A stretch of 64,000 nucleotides of DNA, taken from positions 2,490 through 66,489 of the forward strand of contig ONEQ01000012.1 of assembly GCA_900316885.1 (NCBI GenBank), written 5' to 3'. Source of the stretch: an uncultured Eubacteriales bacterium (lineage in GTDB: Bacteria; Bacillota; Clostridia; Oscillospirales; Ruminococcaceae). Made by a program: the position numbers and the translations under genes. Of the stretch, positions 54,098 to 62,677 are shown piece after piece. Under the pieces are notes generated by a model. The model was not told the origin of the DNA, did not search any database, and was given only the letters and a program-made list of their open reading frames with translations. The first letter of the stretch is position 1. Each line of letters begins with the position of its first letter.

Positions 54098-56419
54098 ATG
54101 AAGACCAACAAGATTAGTGCTATGTTGCTCTCCGCAGCGATCGCTTGCACACCGGTTCTGTCCAGTGCAGCTCAGATCGTAGCATCTGCGGAAGAGACAA
54201 CCACTACAACTGCTGCTGCTGCAGAGTCCGTAGCTGCACCCCTGCCGGTTGCTGTTAACACTGAGGTAGCTGTTGTTGCTGCTGAGGATCCGGCACCTGA
54301 GACAACTCAGGCAACTGAGGCTACTCAGGCTGCTACCGAGGGTACTAAGAGCACAGAGGCTACTACTACCGTTCCGCAGAAGGTCGGCAATGCTTCTGTC
54401 GTTGATCAGAAGGTCGACAACAACTGGTCCGCTGGTAAGGCTATGGTTAAGGGCATGGCTGAGATCTGGAATAACCCGAACGACAAGCAGTATGATGCAT
54501 TCAACTATCCGTCCAACATTAACACTGCTCTGATCGCTGGCTCCGATGCTTTCAACAAGGCAACCAAGGCTAACCCGAACTTTAATAAGACTGATACAAT
54601 CTACGGCTTCAGAATGCCTGATGCAAACCAGGGCAAGATGCTGTATACTCCGAACCCCCGCTGGTTCATCAATACTCCCACCCCGGCTGTTGTAGGCGGT
54701 TCTGGCTCTACTGCAACCATCACATGGGATCCGGTTCCGATGGCTGACGGTTATCGTTACACTATCAGAACCTATGTCATCGAGCCGTCTACCGACTCTC
54801 ATGACTACTCTTTCGAGCACACTCACAACAAGACCACCAATCTGGTTCCGCCGACCGTAACGATCGACAAGCCGTCTGCTGACGCTAAGGGTCAGGATGC
54901 TGAGCCGACCGTAGCTGACAAGATCCTGACTGGTGATACCAATGGTCAGCTGACTGAGCATGCTGCAAACAATCCGTACAATGTTGACAGATATCCGACT
55001 CGCTTCAGAGTTAAGGAAGACTTCACTGTAAACGGTAAGTGGCAGCGCCAGGATGCAACCACCACCTACACTGTTAAGGAGAACTGGAAGGAATTCACCA
55101 ATGATCCTGACAAGGCAGTTGTTGGTTACACCTACAACCTCGAGAAGCCGTCTGTATCTGTAGCTGCTGACGTTCCGGTCAGAGTTGAGATCATGATCCA
55201 GGCATTCAGAATTGACAACGCTACCGGCGAGCTGTACAATCTCTCTGATGTATCCGAGCCGAGAATCGTTGACCTGAACTGGGTTGCTAAGGAGTCCTGG
55301 GAGGGCATGCTCGGTGCTCCGGATCAGTACGAGGATGAGTTCTTCCGTGCAGCTTACCACAAGCTGGACGAGCCGACCGCTCCTGAGAAGTACGAGGTAC
55401 ACTGGAAGTCTGTAACCCTGCCTGTAACCAGCACCATGGTTGACAAGGGCATCTACACGCTCCAGGGTCAGGAGAAGATCGATCCGCAGAGCGGCTATGT
55501 AATTGAGCCGGGCAACCAGATCGACGATCCGACCAACAAGGATAAGAAGATCGATACATGGCAGGTTAAGTACGAGACCTTCACCATGAATCTCGATGAG
55601 AAGGGCAACCCGGTCAAGGATGCTGACGGCAACTACACCGGCGGTCTGAAGGAAGTTTTCGACCTCAAGAACAAGAAGGTTGCTGAGAACTGGGATACTT
55701 CCGATACTCTGAAGAATTCCGGTACTGAGGGTGCTGCAAGATGGAAGCTCAACACCTCCATCAACCAGGCTGAGAAGGACAACGTAACTCGTTGGGAGAA
55801 GGCTTACGCAGAGTGGAAGAAGCAGGAGCTCGATCCGATCGCTAAGTGGAACTCCGATCACGCTTCTCAGATCGAGAAGGCTTGGAGAACTGCATACAAG
55901 GAAGCTATCAAGGCTTACGCAGTATCCGAGTACGCTAATGACAAGCGTTTCTCCATGAGATACGGTCTGCTGGACCTCGATCGCAACGGTGTACCGGAGC
56001 TGATCGTATCCTTCTCCAGCAAGGCTGACAAGAACAGCTATGTAGTTATCGACTTCCAGCAGGATCGCGCTAAGCTGAGAACTGTTAAGGATGCTAACTA
56101 CACTGAGTGGTACTATGAGGATGTACTTGGCGCTTGCGCTAAGCGTGGTCGCTGCTTCAAGCTCGACAACCTCGCTCCGATTGATTCCTGGACCGCAGCA
56201 GACGATGAGAAGGATCCGCTGGCAACTACCACCACTTCTTCTGGTTCCTCTTCTGCATCCAGCAGCGCATCCAGCTCTTCTGGTTCTTCCAGCAGCGCAT
56301 CCGCATCCACTGATGGCGGCGCTCCGAAGACCGGTGATGCAGGCGTAGCAGGTCTGGCAGCAGCAGCATTCGCAGCAGTTGCAGGCATGTTCGCTACTTC
56401 TCGCCGCAAGAAGAACTAA
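54098..56419 (+). CDS. Cell-wall-anchored surface protein with variant sortase signal (APKTG)
   Basis: Signal peptide MKTNKISAMLLSAAIACTPVLSSAAQIVASA. Thr/Ala-rich linker. FN3-like segment (ITWDPVPMADGYRYTI). Ser-rich stalk. C-terminal GAPKTGD + hydrophobic AGVAGLAAAAFAAVAGMFA + RRKKN. AGGAGG RBS and strongly biased codon usage. Confidence 0.8.
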   Translation: MKTNKISAMLLSAAIACTPVLSSAAQIVASAEETTTTTAAAAESVAAPLPVAVNTEVAVVAAEDPAPETTQATEATQAATEGTKSTEATTTVPQKVGNASVVDQKVDNNWSAGKAMVKGMAEIWNNPNDKQYDAFNYPSNINTALIAGSDAFNKATKANPNFNKTDTIYGFRMPDANQGKMLYTPNPRWFINTPTPAVVGGSGSTATITWDPVPMADGYRYTIRTYVIEPSTDSHDYSFEHTHNKTTNLVPPTVTIDKPSADAKGQDAEPTVADKILTGDTNGQLTEHAANNPYNVDRYPTRFRVKEDFTVNGKWQRQDATTTYTVKENWKEFTNDPDKAVVGYTYNLEKPSVSVAADVPVRVEIMIQAFRIDNATGELYNLSDVSEPRIVDLNWVAKESWEGMLGAPDQYEDEFFRAAYHKLDEPTAPEKYEVHWKSVTLPVTSTMVDKGIYTLQGQEKIDPQSGYVIEPGNQIDDPTNKDKKIDTWQVKYETFTMNLDEKGNPVKDADGNYTGGLKEVFDLKNKKVAENWDTSDTLKNSGTEGAARWKLNTSINQAEKDNVTRWEKAYAEWKKQELDPIAKWNSDHASQIEKAWRTAYKEAIKAYAVSEYANDKRFSMRYGLLDLDRNGVPELIVSFSSKADKNSYVVIDFQQDRAKLRTVKDANYTEWYYEDVLGACAKRGRCFKLDNLAPIDSWTAADDEKDPLATTTTSSGSSSASSSASSSSGSSSSASASTDGGAPKTGDAGVAGLAAAAFAAVAGMFATSRRKKN

Positions 56420-56464
56420 TTCCCCGCAATAAATTCCAACTAACTGGTTATTAGTTGAATTTAG

Positions 56465-56497
56465 CCCCGCTTCCGAAAGGAAGCGGGGATTTTTTTA
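56465..56497 (+). terminator. Intrinsic terminator of the surface-protein gene
   Basis: ccccgcttcc-gaaa-ggaagcgggg followed by ATTTTTTT. Confidence 0.85.
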
Positions 56498-56541
56498 CGC
56501 ACAAAAAATCAGGCATTGTGGAAATCCACAATGCCTTTCGG

Positions 56542-57522
56542 TTATGTATGGGCGTTCAGCACATCCTGAAGCGTCGTTCGGTATGCCTCTCGCAGCTCGG
56601 CAGGCTCCAGAATCTCTGCTTCAGCACCGAACTGAAACAGCCATCCGAAGAAGGGAAGCGGGTTTTCAGCTTTCACGTCCACGCGGACGATGAAATGCTC
56701 TTCGCCGTCCGGGTGAATGCTGATTGATTTACCGAATCGGTCGATCATCGCGTTTACCAGGTGATTCGCAAACCGCAGCTTGACCTGTTGGGGAACGCCG
56801 CTGAACATGGAGAACGTTGCATTCTGGTAGTCGTCCGGATCGAACGGCTCCTCGGGGTAAATGCCGGGTTCGTCGAGCACCTCGGCGCCCTCCATGCGAT
56901 CCACGCGGAAATTGGTCAATTTATCGGGATATTTCTCGTAGTTGGCGACGAGATAGTACCGTTCCTCGTTCCAGAGAAGTGCGATGGGTGTGCAGATACG
57001 CCTGCTGTCGCGGTAGACACGGCGCTTGCGCAGGTCGTACTTGAAATACTTGAAGGAAATCTGCTTTTTATCATCAATGGCACGCTGGATGGTATCGATG
57101 GTGAGGTAGATGCGCTCATTCTGCTCCTTGGTGCGTCCTGCGATGTAGACCTGCCGTTTGAGCTGCTTTGCCTCGTGGATACTGGCGAGTGTGCCGAGCT
57201 TTTCCACCAGCTTCTGCGCCTTATGCTCGGTCAGGAACCGCGACGAGCTGACCGCATCTGCCAGCAGCTTCAGCTCCGGCAGCTCAAAATCCCGGTGTAC
57301 AACGTAGTAGCCGGAATTCGCGCCGCGTCCGGAAATAATATCCAGCCCGTAGGCGCGGAGTGCATCAATATCCTCATACAGCGCCTTTCGTCCGGCTGAA
57401 ATGCCGAATGCTTCAAGCTGCCGGATAATTTCCGGGAGTTTGATGGGATGCTCCTCATCGGTCTGCTCCGTGAGGATCTTGTACAGGTAGAGGATCTTCA
57501 ATCGCTGGTTGTTTTTCTCCAT
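56542..57522 (-). CDS. WYL domain-containing transcriptional regulator (HTH-WYL-WCX)
   Basis: N-terminal wHTH (RLKILYLYKILTEQTDEEHPIKLPEIIRQLEAFGISAGRKALYEDIDALR). Central WYL region (LWNEERYYLVANY). 326 aa. Confidence 0.75.
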   Translation of the reverse strand: MEKNNQRLKILYLYKILTEQTDEEHPIKLPEIIRQLEAFGISAGRKALYEDIDALRAYGLDIISGRGANSGYYVVHRDFELPELKLLADAVSSSRFLTEHKAQKLVEKLGTLASIHEAKQLKRQVYIAGRTKEQNERIYLTIDTIQRAIDDKKQISFKYFKYDLRKRRVYRDSRRICTPIALLWNEERYYLVANYEKYPDKLTNFRVDRMEGAEVLDEPGIYPEEPFDPDDYQNATFSMFSGVPQQVKLRFANHLVNAMIDRFGKSISIHPDGEEHFIVRVDVKAENPLPFFGWLFQFGAEAEILEPAELREAYRTTLQDVLNAHT

Positions 57523-57550
57523 GAATAGACCTCCTTTATGTTCTTTCGGG

Positions 57551-58288
57551 CTATTTGCCGTTTAGGAACGCCTGATACCGGTCGCAGATTTCCTTGGTTT
57601 CACCGAATGCGACCTGATTGCCCTTGTCGAGCCAGAGCACCTTGGTTGCCATGCGCCGGATCTGATCGAGGGAATGTGACACCAGCAGTGTCGTTGCACC
57701 GCCTTTGATGATTTCGAGCATCTTCTGCTCGCTTTTCTGCCGGAAGGCACCGTCGCCAACGCTCAGCACCTCGTCCAGGATCAGGATATCCGGGTTCACC
57801 AGACACGCGATTGAGAACGCCAGACGGGATTTCATACCCGACGAGAGGTGCGAGAACAGCCGGTCTTCAAATTCCTGCAATTCCGCAAATTCGATGATGC
57901 TCTGGTACGTCTGGTTCATGAATTCCCGCGTGTAGCCGAGCATCGCGCCGCGCAGGAAGGTGTTTTCCCGCACGGTCAGATCGCCGTCGAAGCCTGTGCC
58001 GAGCTCCAGCAGGGATGCGATATTCCCGCGTACCGCCATTTTGCCGGTCGTCGGGCGCATGATGCCGGAGATCACCTTGAGCAAGGTCGATTTCCCCGCG
58101 CCGTTTGCGCCGACGATGCCGAGCAGCTCGCCCTCCTCCAGGGAAAAGCTCACGTTTTTCACAGCAACGAACTTCTTGGGCTGGTACTTGCCCTGCAGGC
58201 GCTGGATGATGATGTCCTTCAGCCCGACGTTGGAAAAATCGCCCACGATGTAGGAAACGGAAATATCGTGCAGTTCAATTTTCGGCAT
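57551..58288 (-). CDS. Polysaccharide/teichoic-acid ABC exporter, ATP-binding protein (Wzt/TagH-like)
   Basis: Walker A GANGAGKST, signature LSSGMKSRL, Walker B ILILDE. Confidence 0.88.
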   Translation of the reverse strand: MPKIELHDISVSYIVGDFSNVGLKDIIIQRLQGKYQPKKFVAVKNVSFSLEEGELLGIVGANGAGKSTLLKVISGIMRPTTGKMAVRGNIASLLELGTGFDGDLTVRENTFLRGAMLGYTREFMNQTYQSIIEFAELQEFEDRLFSHLSSGMKSRLAFSIACLVNPDILILDEVLSVGDGAFRQKSEQKMLEIIKGGATTLLVSHSLDQIRRMATKVLWLDKGNQVAFGETKEICDRYQAFLNGK

Positions 58289-58300
58289 GCTTCCGCCTCC

Positions 58301-59089
58301 TTACATATAGTAGAGAAATTTGTAGTTGTACTTCTTGTAGATCAGCATCCCCGCGCCCAGTGCGAGAATGGCATATGCAGCGCAGAGCAGATGCGTCCCC
58401 CAGCCCGGAATACAGCCATAAATGACAATATCGCGGATGTAGGTGATATACACATACAGCGGGTTGAGGTAGAACAGCTTCTGGATGTGCTCCGGATAGT
58501 CCGCTGTATAGTAGAAGATGGCGGACAGGTACATCAGCATGAGCGTGAAGATGTCATACAGATACTGCACGTCCTTGAACAGCACAAACAGCGCCGACAG
58601 GATGAAGCCGCACCCGATGTTGAACAGGATCAGCCACAGGATCGGGTACACCAGCATCAGGAACCGCGGGTGGAACGGCACGCCGTCAATCGCAGTGAAA
58701 AGCAGGAAAATGACGAATGTCAGCCCGAAATTGATAAGCGACGCGACGTTTTTCGAGAGCAGGAACATGTACTTCGGCAGGTTGATTTTCGTGATGATCC
58801 CCGCATTCGCCATGAGGGAATTCATGCCCCCGTAGGTCGAATCCTTGAAAAAGGCGTAGGTCAGGTTCCCGGCGAACAGATAGATCGTGTAATGCGGGCG
58901 GTCGCGCCCGAAAAAGTTGGAGAATACGATGCTCATGACCAATAGCTGGAGCATCGGGGAAAGCAGGCTCCAGAGCATCCCCAGGATGGTGCGCTTGTAT
59001 TTTTTCTTGAAATCTCGCTTGACCAGTTCCTCGAACAGGAACTGGTGTTTCTTGAACAGAAGTCCGAGCTTCTTGACTGATTCGATCAT
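58301..59089 (-). CDS. ABC-2 type transporter permease (Wzm/TagG-like)
   Basis: ELVKRDFKKKYKRTILGMLWSLLSP start motif typical of ABC-2 permeases. Six predicted TM segments. Confidence 0.85.
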   Translation of the reverse strand: MIESVKKLGLLFKKHQFLFEELVKRDFKKKYKRTILGMLWSLLSPMLQLLVMSIVFSNFFGRDRPHYTIYLFAGNLTYAFFKDSTYGGMNSLMANAGIITKINLPKYMFLLSKNVASLINFGLTFVIFLLFTAIDGVPFHPRFLMLVYPILWLILFNIGCGFILSALFVLFKDVQYLYDIFTLMLMYLSAIFYYTADYPEHIQKLFYLNPLYVYITYIRDIVIYGCIPGWGTHLLCAAYAILALGAGMLIYKKYNYKFLYYM

Positions 59090-59101
59090 GCGTCCCCCTT
59101 C

Positions 59102-61510
59102 CTACACGATCATAGACCAGATCGTGCCGTCTGCCGCATCGCCGTTTTCCGGGATGACGCGCAGATGGAACAGGCATTGCTGCGCCGATGCCGGTGTAGC
59201 CACGGGCAGCAGGAGCGAGAACGTATCCAGCGCCGCCGAGGTTCGCCCGATGGTGGAGAGCTGACCGCCCTCCTCGTCGCTGAACCAGTAGTTGAGCAGG
59301 AGCCCCTTGCCGTATTTCGCGGTCAGACGCTCGTCCAGCCGCAGCGGGATTCGCTGGATGGCATCCGCCTGCACCGTCAGAAATGCCGGCAGCACGACCT
59401 TTAATGCCCCCGCGGGGTCGAGGGTCACGAGGAACGGCGGTTCCTCGCGGAACTGATTGCGGTAGGAGGCGCGGTACGCATCGAACATGCGCTCGCCCTC
59501 GCGCTGCTTTTGCAGGTGGCGGGCAAAGCGGAGGATCTTGACCTGATTCTCCTCAACCGTCCAGTCACCGAAGTCCTCATGCAGCCCCGCAAAGACCTGT
59601 CCCTCCTCGTAGAGGACGCTGTAGTGGTTCTCGAACAGGAAATCCGCCGGCTGTACCATGAGCTTCCAGTCGGTGATATTCCCCGGCCAGCCCATGGAAA
59701 CATAGGGCAGACAGCGGAACCGCTGTGGGTAACGGGAGACTGCGTAGTTGAAATACATCGCCCATTCGCAGACGCCCTTGTCGATATAGTCCGCGAACCG
59801 GTCGGTCATTTCGTTGTAGAGCGCCTTGTCGATGATCTGCATCTGGTGCGATGCGTACATCAGCGTCGGATAGTGATGCGCCTGCAAAAGGGCAAGCGTC
59901 CGGTGCTGCTGCCGGTCAAACGAGGTAAGCTCCGGATAGGCACCCTTCCACTGTGCGAGATCGTAGCAGTAGTAGGCATTGTACACGCCGTCCTTCACAA
60001 AGACCTCCGGCGTGATCGTCCGCAGGGGGCGGTAATCATCGTCCGTCATGAGGAATACATCGTCGATCACGGGGTTTTTCAGCGCGAGCGCACGCAGGAA
60101 GAAGTTGCGCGTGCCGTGATCCTCCGGGAGCTTCCGTCCGTCGAGGATCTGGCTGTCCGTGAGGAATTGCAGGGAAAGCCTGCCCTTGTATCGGGATTTC
60201 ACCTCATCCACATTCTTGTCCGGGCAGCAGAGCACAAGCTCCTCGATGAAGGGCATGAATCGCTCGATAAACGGCAGTGTGGCGAGAATATCGTCATTCC
60301 GCGCTGTCAGGCAGACCATCTGCCGGAGCTTTGGCTGTGCGGGCAGAGCCGTGTCGAGCGAGGTGAGTGCATCGAGCATCATGCGGGCGGAATCGTCCCA
60401 GGTGCGCGGCGCATAGCTTTGCAGAGCCGCCTTGCGCCGGGCATATTTCTCCTCGTCATGCAGGAGCGAAAGGACGCATCTGGCGAAATCCGCCGGATCG
60501 TTCGGGTCGAAGTAATCCGCATAATCGCCCGCCACCTCATGCAGCACCTCAATATCCGATGCCACAGCAGGCGTGCCGCGCAGGAACGCCTCGATCAGCG
60601 GCAGCCCGAAGCCCTCGTTGAACGTCGGGAACGCGACGGCAAAGGCATTCTGGTAGAGCAGATCCACCGCCGCATCCCGCGGGCGCTCCACGAAAAAGAG
60701 CTGCTTGTCCAGCAATTTATGCTTGCGGATGCGGTTTTCGAGCGCTTCGACATTCCAGCCGATGCGTCCGGCAATGACGAGATTGATGCCCTCAGCGGCA
60801 AGGCTCTGCTCAAGCGCATCGAGCGCCAGTGCGTGATTCTTGCGCGGCTCGACGGTGCCGAGCATGAGCAGATATTTCCCCTTGCCGATGATCTCCCGGA
60901 TGCGGGCGAGCTCCTCGGTATCCGATGCCGCGGTATTCCGGGCAGCGAAATCGCTGCTCAGCGGCACGACGCAGGAGCGCTTGTGCGGCAGCTCCAGAGA
61001 ATCGGAGAGCGCGTCGAGCGCCTTGACGGTCGCGTTGGAATTGGTGATGATGAGATCCGCATAGCGCAGATTTGCGCCGGTATAGAGCACGAAGTTTGCG
61101 GTGGTGTTCTCGTGGCAGAACTGCGGATGCGTGATCGGGATGAGGTCATAGAGCTGCGTGACGATGCGCACGCCGCGCTGCTTGAGGACAGGGAACAGCC
61201 AGGAGCGCTTCATCCGCGCATTCCACACGCTGTCGATGTCGAAGAAAACCGCCCCGGACGGGATGGCTTCCGGTGTGACCGGCGTCTGGGTGACCATGCC
61301 GGGACGGGCATCCTCGTCGCCGCCGAAATAGCGGAGAAACCGGTCATTATCCAGCTCCAGCCAGCAGTTGATGCGTTCCGACCAGCGCAGGAGATGCCAT
61401 TCGTGCTCGGTATGCTCCAGCAGGCGCACGGTGATCTCGCGTGCGACGCGCTGGATGCCGGTCACGAAATCCACGGAGATCAGGCTGGTCAAGTCAATGT
61501 AGAATTTCAT
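59102..61510 (-). CDS. Two-domain glycosyltransferase (N-terminal GT4; C-terminal ~400-aa DXD-containing domain)
   Basis: GT4 core LMLGTVEPRKN...FPTFNEGFGLPLIEAFLRGTPAVASD. The C-terminal half has FLMTDDDYRP. Confidence 0.75.
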   Translation of the reverse strand: MKFYIDLTSLISVDFVTGIQRVAREITVRLLEHTEHEWHLLRWSERINCWLELDNDRFLRYFGGDEDARPGMVTQTPVTPEAIPSGAVFFDIDSVWNARMKRSWLFPVLKQRGVRIVTQLYDLIPITHPQFCHENTTANFVLYTGANLRYADLIITNSNATVKALDALSDSLELPHKRSCVVPLSSDFAARNTAASDTEELARIREIIGKGKYLLMLGTVEPRKNHALALDALEQSLAAEGINLVIAGRIGWNVEALENRIRKHKLLDKQLFFVERPRDAAVDLLYQNAFAVAFPTFNEGFGLPLIEAFLRGTPAVASDIEVLHEVAGDYADYFDPNDPADFARCVLSLLHDEEKYARRKAALQSYAPRTWDDSARMMLDALTSLDTALPAQPKLRQMVCLTARNDDILATLPFIERFMPFIEELVLCCPDKNVDEVKSRYKGRLSLQFLTDSQILDGRKLPEDHGTRNFFLRALALKNPVIDDVFLMTDDDYRPLRTITPEVFVKDGVYNAYYCYDLAQWKGAYPELTSFDRQQHRTLALLQAHHYPTLMYASHQMQIIDKALYNEMTDRFADYIDKGVCEWAMYFNYAVSRYPQRFRCLPYVSMGWPGNITDWKLMVQPADFLFENHYSVLYEEGQVFAGLHEDFGDWTVEENQVKILRFARHLQKQREGERMFDAYRASYRNQFREEPPFLVTLDPAGALKVVLPAFLTVQADAIQRIPLRLDERLTAKYGKGLLLNYWFSDEEGGQLSTIGRTSAALDTFSLLLPVATPASAQQCLFHLRVIPENGDAADGTIWSMIV

Positions 61511-61527
61511 GAAAGCTCCTTTCCGGC

Positions 61528-62013
61528 TCAGGTGGCGCCCAGAATCTTCTTGGCGGCTTTCTTCATGGGTGCCGGCATTTTCCGGTAGAGCTTGAGCAGC
61601 CGCTCGGGAAGCGTGACGCTGGAGAATCTGCCGGTGACAGGGGCTTCCGCATAGGGGGTATTTTCCGCGTAGGGGTTGTTTTCGAGAATCGTGCGGCTCA
61701 TGACGAATTCCGCCGAGCCCTTGAGCCCGCTGACGATGCCGCTCTGGTAATCCTGCACAGGCTGATCCGCCTGCTTGCTGATGGTTTCGAGCGCGTCGTC
61801 ATCGATGGGACGCTGGAGCATCGCCTGATAGGCTTTCTTGAGGAACAGGATACCGTCCGGCTCCTGCGAGAGTGCAAGCACATCCGCATGTCCGGGCGGG
61901 CACTGTGCGAAATCCACGCACAGGGCTTTTTCAATGCCGAGCGTCCTGCCGTTATCCTGCAGCCGGGTCTCGACCATATCATAGATCGCCGCATATAATT
62001 CTTTGTCTGTCAT
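61528..62013 (-). CDS. Hypothetical protein (first gene of the glycosyltransferase/ABC operon)
   Basis: 161 aa, co-oriented 17 nt upstream of the GT gene, with normal codon usage. No recognisable motif. Confidence 0.45.
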   Translation of the reverse strand: MTDKELYAAIYDMVETRLQDNGRTLGIEKALCVDFAQCPPGHADVLALSQEPDGILFLKKAYQAMLQRPIDDDALETISKQADQPVQDYQSGIVSGLKGSAEFVMSRTILENNPYAENTPYAEAPVTGRFSSVTLPERLLKLYRKMPAPMKKAAKKILGAT

Positions 62014-62472
62014 AGCGCCGTTCCTTTCTTTTGTAGGTTGTATCTATTATACCACAATTCCTCTGCGAAATCAATGCATCGGGGGAAAATAATCTCCCGA
62101 TGCAGTTACTCACGGGAAAAAAATCCGCCCGAAACGCTAAAAATTCAACGGAGAGTTGTATTTATCAAAAATTCTACAAATATTCTGCATAAAATCCACC
62201 TCTTCTGCATTTTATGGGTTGCCGGGTTTTGAATAATTTGTTAAAATAAATGTGTAATCAAGAAAGAACGGAATCGTTCATAAAGTGACTTGATTTTCGG
62301 ACTTGATTACAATTTCAGTTCGCTTATACCTTTTCATTCATCATCTTCTGTTTCTCCACGAGCTGTGTTCCCTTTGGGGGACACAGCACCCTGGGGAACC
62401 ACCGCAGAGGCGGCGGCAAGAAGGAGTCTTATCATTGCTTTTCTTCATAATACCCTTTCTATATTGTGTTGG

Positions 62473-62510
62473 GTCGGATGGTTCATCTATCCGACTCCTT
62501 TTTTTGTTTT
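62473..62510 (+). terminator. Orphan terminator-like hairpin in the long leader upstream of the GGDEF/EAL gene
   Basis: gtcggat-(9 nt)-atccgac followed by tccTTTTTTTGTTTT. Confidence 0.45.
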
Positions 62511-62677
62511 GAGAGGGTTCCTAAAATGATGCTTTCGTTTCTGTGCATTGTGCCTAAAAAGTAAAGCCAATTTGCAAAACAGTTGATTTCATCCCCCAAA
62601 TGTGCTATAATAAAATATATAGCGTCTCTATCAAAACAGTCGTTTTCACAAAAAACGCATGGAAAGGGGGGAGCCGG

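Noticed and set aside
53978-55861. 627-aa minus-strand ORF
   Set aside because: It is antisense to the surface-protein gene and extends through that gene's promoter. It is Ser/Leu/Val-rich with no RBS.
57848-61588. 365-aa and 692-aa plus-strand ORFs
   Set aside because: They are antisense to the ABC ATPase, the permease and the glycosyltransferase.
62290-62529. 79-aa and 69-aa plus-strand ORFs in the leader of the GGDEF/EAL gene
   Set aside because: They have no RBS, low-complexity Ser/Phe/Leu content, and end in the terminator hairpin. This is more likely non-coding leader sequence.
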